Positions 20,677-31,329 of a stretch of DNA of 64,000 nt are shown piece by piece. The DNA comes from Arcobacteraceae bacterium. GTDB lineage: Bacteria; Campylobacterota; Campylobacteria; Campylobacterales; Arcobacteraceae. The notes beneath the pieces are model-generated. The model was given only the letters and a program-made list of their open reading frames with translations. It was not told the origin of the DNA and did not search any database. The stretch's first letter is position 1. Each line of letters opens with the position of its first letter. The position numbers were made by a program, and so were the translations under genes. The stretch is taken from assembly GCA_963662945.1 (NCBI GenBank), contig OY759974.1, positions 1 through 64,000 of the forward strand, in the 5' to 3' direction.

Positions 20677-22509
20677 TTGAATATTAATACTGCCACATTA
20701 TTAAGTTTATTATCTCCTAAAATAAATCCTGTAGTAAAAGATAAATTAGATAATCTTAGTGTAAATGGAAAGATAGATTTAGAAACAATTTCCAAAGATA
20801 AAGGTATTCAAACTCTACTTACTGGTTTATTAAAAGATATATCTACTGGAATGCAAACAAAAGAAAATGTTACATCTCTTTTAGAAAACAATAAACAAAA
20901 TTTTAGTTTTAAAAATCTTTCCGAAGATATAAAAACACTTATAAAATCTATTCAAACCGATCCTTTAACAAATAATAAACTTGAAACACAATTATTAAGT
21001 TTAAAATCATCTCTTATTGATATTAAAAATATTGATGAAAAAGTAATAAAAACGAATATCTCAAATAGTGGGGTATTTTTAGAATCTAAATTAGCACAAC
21101 AAACAATACCTGTATCAAAAAATATTGAACAACTCTTGAACCTCATTAAAGGGCAATTAGATGTCTCTACAACAAATACACTCAAAAATGAGATACCAAA
21201 AGATTTAAAGTTAGAAATAAAAAATGCCATTGAAAATATTTTGAAAGATATTAAAACTATAAAACTAGAAACTAATCCACAAAACGTATCTACTCTATTA
21301 TCAAAGGTAGATTCTCAATTAAAAGTAGTTCAAGAACATTTTGTAAAGACAGGAGTAATTTCACCTGAGTTCAATAATGTTAAAATGGATAATTTGGATA
21401 CTATAAAGACTCAATTAAAAGATCAGTTAAGTGTTCTTAATGGTTCTATAAATACAAATATAATACAACAAAAACTTATACGACTAGAATCAAATCCAAC
21501 AATCCCTCAAGATTTAAAAGTAGAAATTAAAAATGCAATAGAATCTCTTTTACGAGATATTAAAAGTATAAAAACAGAACAAAATCCCCAAAAACAATTA
21601 CAGAACCTTTCAACCCTAGAAACAAAGATTTTAAATACACAGCATAATATTAATTCACCTATTATGAAAAATGACTTTATTCCTAGTATAAAAGATTTAT
21701 TTTTGAATTTAAAAGAACAAATACTCAATAAAAATTTCGTTACTATACAAACAGGGTTTCATTTATTGGAAGATAAACTTGCATCATTAGATGAGCAAAC
21801 ATTGGGTGTAAAAAACATAAAAAATGATATTCTAAATACTATAGAACAGTTGAAAAGTGCCAATACAGCTAAAATACCACAGCAACAGCAGATGGTGTTA
21901 CAAAATATATTTAGTAATACACAAACAATTCAAACGAAAATAGATACTTTACCACAAGCATTATTTGAGAATAATTTAAGTAAAACAACGAATTTTATTC
22001 ATGATTTAAAAATAACTGCAGCTATCATAGAAGAATATACTAATAATTCAAATGAACCTATTACTAAAGAATTAAAAACAATTATTGATAAAATAAATAC
22101 ACAGATAGACTATTTTCAGTTGTTATCTTATTCAACAAATTCTGTACATACCTATCTCTCTTTTTTACAAGATGAAATTGAAGATTCTGATATAAAATTT
22201 CACAAAAATAATGATGAGAGTTTTTCTTGTCAAATAAATTTAACACTTAAACAGTATGGTGATTTAAAAATATTAATGATTCTTGATAGTAAAAACAATA
22301 TTAATATCAATATTGGATTAGAAAAAGAAGAATTTAAATCGATGGTTCAAGAGAATTTACAAAAGTTAAGAATAGGAATTAACAGTATTAATCTTCTTCT
22401 TCAAAGTTTAAATGTTTTTAGTCTTAATAGTAATGAACAAAAATCTATAAAAAATAGTTATGGAAATACTCATAGTGATTTAAGTTTTGGCTTAGATATA
22501 AAGGCTTAA
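20677..22509 (+). CDS. FliK-like flagellar hook-length control protein
   Basis: NSGVFLESKL, long low-complexity helical middle, C-terminal CQINLTLKQYG...LDIKA; directly upstream of a FlhB-C-like gene. Confidence 0.7.
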   Translation: MNINTATLLSLLSPKINPVVKDKLDNLSVNGKIDLETISKDKGIQTLLTGLLKDISTGMQTKENVTSLLENNKQNFSFKNLSEDIKTLIKSIQTDPLTNNKLETQLLSLKSSLIDIKNIDEKVIKTNISNSGVFLESKLAQQTIPVSKNIEQLLNLIKGQLDVSTTNTLKNEIPKDLKLEIKNAIENILKDIKTIKLETNPQNVSTLLSKVDSQLKVVQEHFVKTGVISPEFNNVKMDNLDTIKTQLKDQLSVLNGSINTNIIQQKLIRLESNPTIPQDLKVEIKNAIESLLRDIKSIKTEQNPQKQLQNLSTLETKILNTQHNINSPIMKNDFIPSIKDLFLNLKEQILNKNFVTIQTGFHLLEDKLASLDEQTLGVKNIKNDILNTIEQLKSANTAKIPQQQQMVLQNIFSNTQTIQTKIDTLPQALFENNLSKTTNFIHDLKITAAIIEEYTNNSNEPITKELKTIIDKINTQIDYFQLLSYSTNSVHTYLSFLQDEIEDSDIKFHKNNDESFSCQINLTLKQYGDLKILMILDSKNNININIGLEKEEFKSMVQENLQKLRIGINSINLLLQSLNVFSLNSNEQKSIKNSYGNTHSDLSFGLDIKA

Positions 22510-22511
22510 AA

Positions 22512-22811
22512 ATGATAGAAAAAGAAAGAATACAAAAAGCTGCTGCGTTACAATATGATAAAGAAAAAGACCACGCGCCACAGGTAACTGCACTTGGAAG
22601 TGGTGAAACAGCAAAGAATATTATCAAAATTGCAGAACAAAATGGAATACCAATTAAAAAAGATGAAGATTTAGTCAATATGTTAAGTCAAATAGAATTA
22701 AATCAAGAAATACCTGTTGAACTTTATAAGGCAGTTGCCGAAATTTTTAGTTTTATCTATGGCATTTCAAATAAAGAGGATAATAATATTGAAAAAAACA
22801 CTCACGTCTGA
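22512..22811 (+). CDS. FlhB C-terminal-like (EscU/YscU/HrcU family) protein
   Basis: AAALQYD..APQVTALG.G..A..I, EIPVELYKAVAEI. Confidence 0.9.
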   Translation: MIEKERIQKAAALQYDKEKDHAPQVTALGSGETAKNIIKIAEQNGIPIKKDEDLVNMLSQIELNQEIPVELYKAVAEIFSFIYGISNKEDNNIEKNTHV

Positions 22812-23265
22812 TTTAACTCTTTATTATCGAAATACTTTTCCATATAGATATAAAAAACAAAACTCTAAAAGAAATAAAGTAACTATAGGTATTGGTGGAA
22901 ATATTGGAAAAACTATAAAAATATTTCAAAAACTTTTTTTAATGTTACAGCAAGATAGTAGGTTTATTATTGAAAAAACAACACCTATTTTACAAAATCC
23001 ACCTTTTGGGTATCTTGAGCAAAATGATTTTTTAAATGCACTTATTGTCCTAAAAACAGACTTAAGTGCATTTGAGTGTTTAAGAGCTTTTCAACGTTAT
23101 GAAAATAGATTTAAAAGAAAAAGAAGTTTTAAAGATGCGCCAAGAACTTTAGATATTGATATAATATTTTTCAACAAACAAAAAATAAATAAAAAAAATT
23201 TAATAGTTCCACATATTGGCTATAAAAAGCGTCAAAGTGTATTAATACCATTAAAATTTATTTAA
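22789..23265 (+). CDS. folK: 2-amino-4-hydroxy-6-hydroxymethyldihydropteridine diphosphokinase
   Basis: IGIGGNIG, DFLNA, PRTLDIDII, LIVPH; probable TTG start at 22789 after GAGGA. Confidence 0.93.
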   Translation: MKKTLTSDLTLYYRNTFPYRYKKQNSKRNKVTIGIGGNIGKTIKIFQKLFLMLQQDSRFIIEKTTPILQNPPFGYLEQNDFLNALIVLKTDLSAFECLRAFQRYENRFKRKRSFKDAPRTLDIDIIFFNKQKINKKNLIVPHIGYKKRQSVLIPLKFI

Positions 23266-23345
23266 AATTACTAAAAATCAGTTCAATAAATCTAATAATA
23301 CAGTTCAATTTGATATAATAAGATAATTTAAAAGGGATAAGTTGC

Positions 23346-24062
23346 ATGATAATAATACCAGCTAGACTAAATAGTAGTAGATTTGAAAATAAAATATTGG
23401 TAGATATTCTTGGATTACCTATGGTAATAAGAACTGCTAAAAGAGTGGAAGAATTAGATGATGTAGTAATTGCTACAGATTCAAATGAAGTTGTAGCTTT
23501 GGCTAACAAACACAATATTAAAGCGATTCTAACTTCAGATAAACATCAAAGTGGTACGGATAGAATTAATGAAGCAGCTTCAGTACTTGAATTAGATGAT
23601 AATGAAGTTGTTGTGAATGTTCAAGCAGATGAACCATTCATAGAACCAGAAGTTGTGCAAGCTGTTATAGATGAAGTAAAAAGACTACAAGGCAATGATT
23701 TTACTATGGTTAGTTGTTACAAAGAGATTAGTTCAGAAATGGCAGATGATCCAAACCATGTAAAGGTGATTTGTGATGATAAAAGTGATGCAATTTATTT
23801 TTCAAGAGCAAAAATACCATATCATAGAGATCACTATAATAATACAAAATATAAAGGTCATCTTGGAATCTATGGTTTTACAAAAAAGAGTTTAAATGAT
23901 TTTTGTTTATTAGAGGCTTCATTTTTAGAGCAAACAGAAAAGTTGGAGCAATTACGAGCTATCTCTAATGGTAAAAAAATAAGTATGGTAAGAGTTGATT
24001 CTAAAAGTTTTGGTATTGATACTAAAGAAGATTTAGAAAATGCTTTAGCGATTTTTCAATAG
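23346..24062 (+). CDS. kdsB: 3-deoxy-manno-octulosonate cytidylyltransferase
   Basis: IIPARLNSSRF, SGTDR, NVQADEP, HLGIY, EKLEQLR. Confidence 0.96.
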   Translation: MIIIPARLNSSRFENKILVDILGLPMVIRTAKRVEELDDVVIATDSNEVVALANKHNIKAILTSDKHQSGTDRINEAASVLELDDNEVVVNVQADEPFIEPEVVQAVIDEVKRLQGNDFTMVSCYKEISSEMADDPNHVKVICDDKSDAIYFSRAKIPYHRDHYNNTKYKGHLGIYGFTKKSLNDFCLLEASFLEQTEKLEQLRAISNGKKISMVRVDSKSFGIDTKEDLENALAIFQ

Positions 24063-24070
24063 GAATACAA

Positions 24071-25408
24071 ATGGATAAAGATTTTTTAAAAAATATTAGT
24101 ATTCTTTATGTTGAAGATGAAGATGATGTACGAAATTTAACATCAAGTATTTTAAGTAAATTTTTAAAAAATGTTATCCATGCTGCCAATGGAAAAGAGG
24201 GGTTAGAGTTATTTGAAAAACACAATAACACTCCTAATAGCGAATTTACAATAGATCTGATTGTTACAGATATTAATATGCCTAAAATGAATGGTTTAGA
24301 AATGATAAGAGAAATTCATAATATTGACCATATGATACCAACTGTTATCACTACAGCGCATAGTGATGCTGACTTTTTAAAAGAAGCTATCAAATTAAGA
24401 GTAAGAGGGTATGTTACTAAACCATTAAAAATAGATGACTTAATAGATACAATTCGTATTGCTGCTGAACCTAAATATCTTAAAGACCAATTAGAGATAC
24501 TTAATAAACAACTATCAATTGAAGTTGAAGAAAAAACATTGGAATTACGTTCTATTTTGGATTCTCAAGAAAATATGATACTTGTTTTTAATGAATACAA
24601 TGTCTCCTCAGCAAATAAAACTTTTTTAGAGTTTTTTAAATTACAAGCTATTGAAGAGTTTATAACAAATAATAAACCAATAAATAGTTTTTTTATAAAA
24701 AAAGATGATTATTTTTATTCAATTGAAGAAGATTGGATATCTGAAATCATGAAACTTGAAGATATGAAAAGGGTAGTTCTTATTAAAAATACTCTAGACG
24801 AAGAAAAAATTTTTAGAGTTGATATAAAAACATTTTTCTATGAAACAAAACATTATGTTGTATCATTTACAGATATTACAGAACTAAAAGAATATACATA
24901 TGAATTACAATATCGAGCATCACACGATAGCTTGACAAAACTTTTTAACAGACAAAAACTCAATGAAGAACTTACAAAAGAAATTTTAAGAGAAAATAGA
25001 TATCAACATAATTTATCAATTCTAATGTTTGATATAGATGATTTTAAAAATATTAATGATACTTATGGACATGATGTTGGTGATATCGTTTTAATTGATT
25101 TGGCAAATATTGTAAAGAAAACTATAAGAGCTACTGATTATGCAGCAAGATGGGGTGGGGAGGAATTTATGGTTTTACTACCTGAAACTTCCATAGATGA
25201 AACATCTAGAATTGCCAATGAACTACGAGAAAATGTTGAAAAATACCAACCAAAAGATATTAGCTTGCCAATTACAATTAGTATTGGTGTTGCAGAGTTT
25301 ATAGCAAATGAAAATACAAAAGATGATTTTATAAAAAATGTTGATATAGCATTATATCAAGCAAAAAGAGCAGGAAAGAATAGAGTGATAAAATATGAAA
25401 AACAATAA
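24071..25408 (+). CDS. Response-regulator (REC-PAS) diguanylate cyclase
   Basis: LYVEDE, TDINMPKMNG, KP; RATD I-site, RWGGEEF. Confidence 0.92.
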   Translation: MDKDFLKNISILYVEDEDDVRNLTSSILSKFLKNVIHAANGKEGLELFEKHNNTPNSEFTIDLIVTDINMPKMNGLEMIREIHNIDHMIPTVITTAHSDADFLKEAIKLRVRGYVTKPLKIDDLIDTIRIAAEPKYLKDQLEILNKQLSIEVEEKTLELRSILDSQENMILVFNEYNVSSANKTFLEFFKLQAIEEFITNNKPINSFFIKKDDYFYSIEEDWISEIMKLEDMKRVVLIKNTLDEEKIFRVDIKTFFYETKHYVVSFTDITELKEYTYELQYRASHDSLTKLFNRQKLNEELTKEILRENRYQHNLSILMFDIDDFKNINDTYGHDVGDIVLIDLANIVKKTIRATDYAARWGGEEFMVLLPETSIDETSRIANELRENVEKYQPKDISLPITISIGVAEFIANENTKDDFIKNVDIALYQAKRAGKNRVIKYEKQ

Positions 25409-25982
25409 AATTACATCAAAAATTATAGCTGGAAAATATAAAAACAAACCGTTAGAATTACCATCGTTAGAAGTTACAAGAAGTTCAAAATCAATTCTTA
25501 AAGAGTCATTTTTTAATGTATTGCAATTTGATATTATAGATACTGTGTTTATAGAAGCATTTGGTGGAAGTGGTGCAATAGGTTTAGAAGCACTTAGTAG
25601 AGGTGCTAAAAAGAGTTATTTTTGTGAATTTGATAAAAATTCTTATAAAGTTTTAACGAGAAATTGTGAAAGTATTGATAAAGATAATACAATAGCAATT
25701 TTTGGTGATACATTTGAAAAAACACCAGTTATTTTAGAACAATTAAAAAATAGTCATGATGAAATTATCTTGTACATTGATCCACCATTTGATTTTAGAG
25801 ATGGGATGGAAAATATTTATGATAAAACATTTGATATGGTAAAAAATATTGTAAATAACAATGTTATATTAGTAACTTTTGAGCATCTCTCAACTATTGA
25901 AATGCCAGAAACACTTGGTAAGTTTACAAAAAATAAGACTAAAAAATTTGGGAAAAGTGCTCTCACATATTATTATGTATAA
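25395..25982 (+). CDS. rsmD: 16S rRNA m2G966 methyltransferase
   Basis: IIAGKYK, FGGSGAIGLEALSRGA, DPPF. Confidence 0.93.
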   Translation: MKNNKITSKIIAGKYKNKPLELPSLEVTRSSKSILKESFFNVLQFDIIDTVFIEAFGGSGAIGLEALSRGAKKSYFCEFDKNSYKVLTRNCESIDKDNTIAIFGDTFEKTPVILEQLKNSHDEIILYIDPPFDFRDGMENIYDKTFDMVKNIVNNNVILVTFEHLSTIEMPETLGKFTKNKTKKFGKSALTYYYV

Positions 25983-26769
25983 AAGTGCTCTTTATGTTTT
26001 AATTTTTGTTATTGGGTGTGTTTTTTTTCTACCATTTTTATATACAACATCAGCGTATGAATTGAATCCACAAGCTATTCTGTTAAGCCCAAATATGGAA
26101 CATATTATGGGAACAGATCGACTAGGAAGAGATATATTTGCACGAATTTTGAATGGTGGGCAAACTTCTTTAATTATAGGATTTACAAGTGCAACTATAG
26201 CATCACTCATTGGCTTGATTGTTGGTATTAGCGCTGGTTATTTGAAAGGTTATTATGATAAAACTATTACAATCATTATTGATCTTTTTTTAACATTTCC
26301 TACTTTCTTTCTTCTTTTAGCACTTGTAAGTTATATGGAGGCAAATCTTACTATACTGATTATTGTTTTATTTATAACAGGTTGGATGGGAATGGCTAGA
26401 ATGATTCGAAGTGAAAGTTTTGCAATTGCTAATAAACCTTTTATCAAAATTCTAAATCTTACAAATGTATCAAAAATCAAAATTATTTTAAAGTATTTCG
26501 CACCATTATTAGCACCTATTTTTTTAGTCTCGTTTACTTTTGGAGTAGGGGGAGCAATTCTTGCAGAATCTGGTCTTAGTTTTCTAGGTCTAGGTGTAAA
26601 TGCTCCTCAAATGAGCTGGGGAAGCTTACTTAGTGATGGAAAAGAAGTAATAGAAATAGCGTGGTGGGTAAGCTTTTTTCCTGGACTTTTTATCTTTATT
26701 ATTACTTTTTGTTTGATGCAAATAGCTGATTATCTACAACATAAAGCAAACTCAAAAAATATAGTTTAA
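25975..26769 (+). CDS. Peptide/nickel ABC transporter permease (DppC/OppC type)
   Basis: GTDRLGRD, ARMIR, AILAESGLSFLGLG, SWG; start moved to ATG 25975. Confidence 0.92.
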   Translation: MYKSALYVLIFVIGCVFFLPFLYTTSAYELNPQAILLSPNMEHIMGTDRLGRDIFARILNGGQTSLIIGFTSATIASLIGLIVGISAGYLKGYYDKTITIIIDLFLTFPTFFLLLALVSYMEANLTILIIVLFITGWMGMARMIRSESFAIANKPFIKILNLTNVSKIKIILKYFAPLLAPIFLVSFTFGVGGAILAESGLSFLGLGVNAPQMSWGSLLSDGKEVIEIAWWVSFFPGLFIFIITFCLMQIADYLQHKANSKNIV

Positions 26770-27584
26770 ATTTTTTTTAGTATTTTGTCAAGTTTAGATG
26801 TGGATAAAACACGTTTTGCAAATCCTAGTATATAAGTAGCTTTTGTAATATAATATCTTGGCTTTATTTCTTTTGACATTAAAATATTTTCTACTTTTTT
26901 AGAAACAGCAATTGCAGGTAAATTAAAAGGAACATTGCTTTTATTTGCTGCCATATTTTTATAGTATACTTCTTTAAATCTTGAATTTTCTATATCGATA
27001 TTTTCTTTTGTTTTGATAATAGCATTTTTTCTAAAATCACTTGTAACTGGACCTGTATTTAAAAGTGTTATTTGTATATTAGTACCCTCTAATTCTAATC
27101 TTAATGTATCTGTAAGACCTTCAATAGCATATTTACTTGCATTGTAAGCTCCTCTAAATTTTAAGCTAATAAGTCCCAAAACAGAACTATGTTGTATGAT
27201 TTTTCCATAACCTTGTTTTTTCATAATAGGTAAAACTTGTATAGTAACTTCATGAAGTCCAAAAACATTAGTTTCAAATTGTGCTTTTAAAATATCTGTA
27301 GATATATCTTCTAATGCACCAGGCTGTCCAAAACCTGCATTATTAAATACCACATCCAAAGTACCACCTGTAAGTTCTAATATTTGTTTTATGGTATTAG
27401 ATATAGTTTCTTTTTTTGTTACATCAAGTAAAAAGGCTTCAAATCCTAATTCTTGTAACATAGTAACATCTTCTTCTTTCCTAGCAGTCGGGAAAACTTT
27501 ATATCCTTGTTGTCTCAGATAGATTGCAGTTTGAAGTCCAATTCCAGTAGAACATCCTGTAATAAGTATAGTTTTATAATCCAA
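26766..27584 (-). CDS. Short-chain dehydrogenase/reductase
   Basis: TGCSTGIG, NNAG, YNASK. Confidence 0.93.
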   Translation of the reverse strand: MDYKTILITGCSTGIGLQTAIYLRQQGYKVFPTARKEEDVTMLQELGFEAFLLDVTKKETISNTIKQILELTGGTLDVVFNNAGFGQPGALEDISTDILKAQFETNVFGLHEVTIQVLPIMKKQGYGKIIQHSSVLGLISLKFRGAYNASKYAIEGLTDTLRLELEGTNIQITLLNTGPVTSDFRKNAIIKTKENIDIENSRFKEVYYKNMAANKSNVPFNLPAIAVSKKVENILMSKEIKPRYYITKATYILGFAKRVLSTSKLDKILKKI

Positions 27585-27623
27585 ACTATATATCCTTTAG
27601 GTTAATTTTCGATATTATACCTA

Positions 27624-28388
27624 ATGGATATAAAAGAGATGTTAGATAAAGAGGTGGTGATAAGAAACTGCCAAAGTGAACTTAGTTTTGATAAACCAGA
27701 TCCTTTAATGGTTGCAAAACAATATAATAATGAATATATCAGCTTAATTTGTGCACTTTTTGCTTATGGAAATGCAAATAAGATAGTGGAGTTTTTGAGT
27801 TCTTTAGACTTTACACTTTTAGAGTATAGTGAAGAAACAATTCAAAAAGAACTAAAAAATCATTATTATAGATTTCAAAACTCCCAAGACATTATTAGTT
27901 TTTTTATAGCAATCAAAAGATTACAACAAAAAGATAGCTTAGAAAATATTTTTAAAAAAGGATATGATAAAGAAGCTAGTGTTTTAGAAGGAATCTCCTC
28001 AATTATACAAAGTGTATTAGAAGTTTATGAGTATTATAGTGAAGGATACAAATTTTTAGTTAGTACTCCACCAAAACGAGATAAGCAAGGTATAATTAAA
28101 TCTATTGGAAATTCTCCGTATAAAAGATACAATATGTTTTTACGGTGGATGGTAAGAGATGATTGTCTTGATATGGGATTGTGGAAAGATGTAGATAAAA
28201 AAGATTTGATACTTCCTCTTGATACTCATACTTTTAAAGTATCACAAAAACTAGGATTATTAAATCGTAAAACTTACGATTTAAAGTCAGCACTATTAAT
28301 AACAGAAAAACTTCGAGAATTTGAATTAATTGACCCTATTAAATATGATTTTGCTTTATATAGAATAGGGCAGGAAAATCTTTACTAG
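27624..28388 (+). CDS. TIGR02757-family protein
   Basis: ALFAYG, KRYNMFLRWMVR, LPLDTH, DPIKYDFAL. Confidence 0.88.
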   Translation: MDIKEMLDKEVVIRNCQSELSFDKPDPLMVAKQYNNEYISLICALFAYGNANKIVEFLSSLDFTLLEYSEETIQKELKNHYYRFQNSQDIISFFIAIKRLQQKDSLENIFKKGYDKEASVLEGISSIIQSVLEVYEYYSEGYKFLVSTPPKRDKQGIIKSIGNSPYKRYNMFLRWMVRDDCLDMGLWKDVDKKDLILPLDTHTFKVSQKLGLLNRKTYDLKSALLITEKLREFELIDPIKYDFALYRIGQENLY

Positions 28389-30154
28389 ATAGTTTCACTC
28401 TTTTTAAATTTAACTATAAACAGTGCCCCTTTATCTTTATTAGCAACTTCAATTATAGCTTCATGTTCATCTAGTATTTTTTTAGCAACATTAAGACCAA
28501 TTCCAATGCCATGTGATAACTTACTACTTACAAATGGTTCAAATATACTTTCAATAATCTCTTCATTTATACCACCAGCATTGTCTTGAAATGTTATACT
28601 TATATCATCTTGATCAGCATTTATGGTTATAAAAAGAATTCTTTGTTCATAATCTTCTATTTTTACTAATTCATCTAATGAATTATTTATAATAATTGTC
28701 CAAACTTGTTCAATTTTTTGTTTATTTATACAAGCAATAAATTTATATTTTTCTTTATTTGCCGTTTCATTTTCAAACAACTCACCATTGAGATATATTT
28801 TAGATATATGCTTTGATCTATTATTTATAAGCCTAAGTGTTGTAATAAGAGTGGCGTATAAATTTGAATTTTCTTTTATAGCAGAAGAAACTTGTGCCAT
28901 CTCTCGCATAGATTCTACAATATTACTTATTCTTTTTATACCATCTGCGATTTTTTTATTATCTAATAATAATGTAGTTTTTAAGTCACTATTAGGCATA
29001 TCTTCTATATCAAATTTACTCATTTCATTTGTCCCTTTGATATATGTTAAGGGAGTATTTATTTCATGGGTAATACCCGCTGCCATTTGTCCTATAGTGA
29101 GAAATTTTGTATTTCTTTCTATCTCTTTTTCATGTTTTTTATGTTGTTTACTGATAAAGTCTTCATGTTGTTTATTTAAAAAATAATAACCTAAAAGTAT
29201 TATAAATAGTATCAAAATAATAAAAATTGCCATTATATGTTGTTTCACATAGTGAATTTCATGCATTGGAAGGTCAGTTGTTTTTTTAAAAGCAATAATA
29301 TAACCCATTTGTTTTCCATCAATATCTGGTAAGTTATAAATAACAACTCCATAGTTATTGACTTTATCTATTAAAAAACCATTAGCATTAATATATTTTT
29401 CCACACCATTAAATTGTAGTATTTGTAATATATTAGGATTTGGATTATCCATTGAGATATAATAATCACCTATAAACAAAGGATAAAATGGTTGCATAAT
29501 TTGTTTTTTATATGATTTGTCAACAATAAAAATAGACTCTAAATTTTCTTTTTTTAATTTTTTATATAATGAATCAAAATGTGTTATTACTTCAAAAATA
29601 CCTATAAAATTATTATTATCATATATAGGTACCATTGATTTAAATGTCATTGCATATTTACCTGTACTTATTGTTGACATAATATGAGGTTTTTCAATCA
29701 TTTTAACAATATCAGCCCTTACTTTAATCATATCATCACCAGATTTGTTTGTCCAACTTCTATAAAAACTTTTACCATTTTTATCAATAATTTGAAACCA
29801 GACAGTTTTATCAAGAGATAATTTTTCAAGTTTTGAGGCAAATAATTGAAGATTTAACTGAGTATTATCATTCTTTTTTAATGCTTCTATGATTCGTGTA
29901 TCATTGGCTAAAGAAAGTGCCACAAAAGAGTTAATTTCTTTTTTATTTTCAATGTGAATTTTAATTTTATTTTGAACATTTTCTGCACAAGTGGCATGTT
30001 GTACTTTTAGGATATCAGCTACTTCTCTATCTGTTATTATTTTTGAAAGCATAAATATAAAAACAATAAAGATTAAAACAGCAAATAAAACATACTTACC
30101 ATAATTAGTATTTAGATAAGTATTCCTCAACTTTGTCAATAATTTCAATGTCAT
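28385..30154 (-). CDS. Membrane sensor histidine kinase with Cache-like periplasmic domain
   Basis: Two TMs, AGITHEINTPL H-box, DNAGGI, FEPF, GIGIGL. Confidence 0.92.
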   Translation of the reverse strand: MTLKLLTKLRNTYLNTNYGKYVLFAVLIFIVFIFMLSKIITDREVADILKVQHATCAENVQNKIKIHIENKKEINSFVALSLANDTRIIEALKKNDNTQLNLQLFASKLEKLSLDKTVWFQIIDKNGKSFYRSWTNKSGDDMIKVRADIVKMIEKPHIMSTISTGKYAMTFKSMVPIYDNNNFIGIFEVITHFDSLYKKLKKENLESIFIVDKSYKKQIMQPFYPLFIGDYYISMDNPNPNILQILQFNGVEKYINANGFLIDKVNNYGVVIYNLPDIDGKQMGYIIAFKKTTDLPMHEIHYVKQHIMAIFIILILFIILLGYYFLNKQHEDFISKQHKKHEKEIERNTKFLTIGQMAAGITHEINTPLTYIKGTNEMSKFDIEDMPNSDLKTTLLLDNKKIADGIKRISNIVESMREMAQVSSAIKENSNLYATLITTLRLINNRSKHISKIYLNGELFENETANKEKYKFIACINKQKIEQVWTIIINNSLDELVKIEDYEQRILFITINADQDDISITFQDNAGGINEEIIESIFEPFVSSKLSHGIGIGLNVAKKILDEHEAIIEVANKDKGALFIVKFKKSETI

Positions 30155-30243
30155 TCCTTATATATTATTATTTTATCATAATCCCTATAAAAAATTAAAT
30201 AACTTATAGTATAATTATTTTGATTTTAATAGAAGGTAACAAA

Positions 30244-30735
30244 ATGAAAAAAATAAGTATGATTATACTTTTAAGTACAAGTTTTTTATATGGTGGTTTT
30301 TTTGATGCAGTGAAAGAATATCTACCAAAAGAAACTACTTCAAACACAACAGCTAATACTACTAATGATACTACAAAGACATTACTTAATAGTATTACAG
30401 GTTCTACAGACTTAAGTGCTACACAAGCAACAGGTACTGTTGCAACATTAATGCAATATGCAAAATCAAACATGACAGAAAGTGAATATTCAACTGTAAC
30501 AAAAGATGTACCTGTATTAAATAAAATGGAAAACAGTGGTACATCTTCTATGTTGTCATCTTTAACAAATAGTATGATGTCAAGTGAGATGGTAAAAAGT
30601 TCATTAAAAACAATGGGAGTTGATCCTTCTCTTGTACAAACAATTATTCCAATTATTGTAAATTATGCAAAACAATATGGTAGTGAAGAGTCAGGTTCTA
30701 TTCTATCAAAAAGTTTATCTGGACTTTTAAAATAA
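30244..30735 (+). CDS. Exported DUF2780-like protein
   Basis: Signal peptide from ATG 30244; TQATG...LMQYAK...VP, MGVDPSLV...IP pattern. Confidence 0.65.
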   Translation: MKKISMIILLSTSFLYGGFFDAVKEYLPKETTSNTTANTTNDTTKTLLNSITGSTDLSATQATGTVATLMQYAKSNMTESEYSTVTKDVPVLNKMENSGTSSMLSSLTNSMMSSEMVKSSLKTMGVDPSLVQTIIPIIVNYAKQYGSEESGSILSKSLSGLLK

Positions 30736-30828
30736 AATTTATTTTATTAATAAGTGGTTAATATTTAATTTAATATGTATTAACCTCAGTACCTTATAAT
30801 TTTAAAAATAAAATATAAGGGGTTCCAA

Positions 30829-31329
30829 ATGAACAAAAAAATAGTTTTAAGTATTTCAGCAGCAATGTTATTAGCTACATCAGTATTTGCATCATGTCAA
30901 AATGGTAATATGGGTGAAGGATATAAAAATAAATCTTGTAATAGTAATATGATGCAAAAAGGTTCATCATTTAAAAAACATGGTAGTATTATGCATATGG
31001 CTATGATGCTTGATTTAACTGACGAGCAAAGGGTAAAATTAAGAGAGATTATAAAATCATCTTACAAAAATATGCCAAAACAAAGCGATGCTTTTACAGA
31101 TAATAGTTTTGATAAACAAAGATTTATAGATATCTCAAAAGAAAAAAGAGAATTTATGATTAAAAATAAAGCAGAAACAATAGAAAAAATTTATGCTTTA
31201 CTTGATGACTCTCAAAAGAAAGATTTTAAAACAATGATGGATATGAGAGAAGTTATGACACACAATATGAAAAATAATATGATGAAAAAGGGTAGTTGTA
31301 ATGATAAAAATTGCAATGGTAGAGGATGA
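30829..31329 (+). CDS. Spy/CpxP-family periplasmic chaperone
   Basis: Signal peptide, Met-rich, LDLTDEQR and IYALLDDSQK (LTxxQ-like) motifs. Confidence 0.85.
   Translation: MNKKIVLSISAAMLLATSVFASCQNGNMGEGYKNKSCNSNMMQKGSSFKKHGSIMHMAMMLDLTDEQRVKLREIIKSSYKNMPKQSDAFTDNSFDKQRFIDISKEKREFMIKNKAETIEKIYALLDDSQKKDFKTMMDMREVMTHNMKNNMMKKGSCNDKNCNGRG

Noticed and set aside
25975-26769. Orphan dppC as a novel system
   Set aside because: Split ABC operons are common in this lineage; partners are probably elsewhere.
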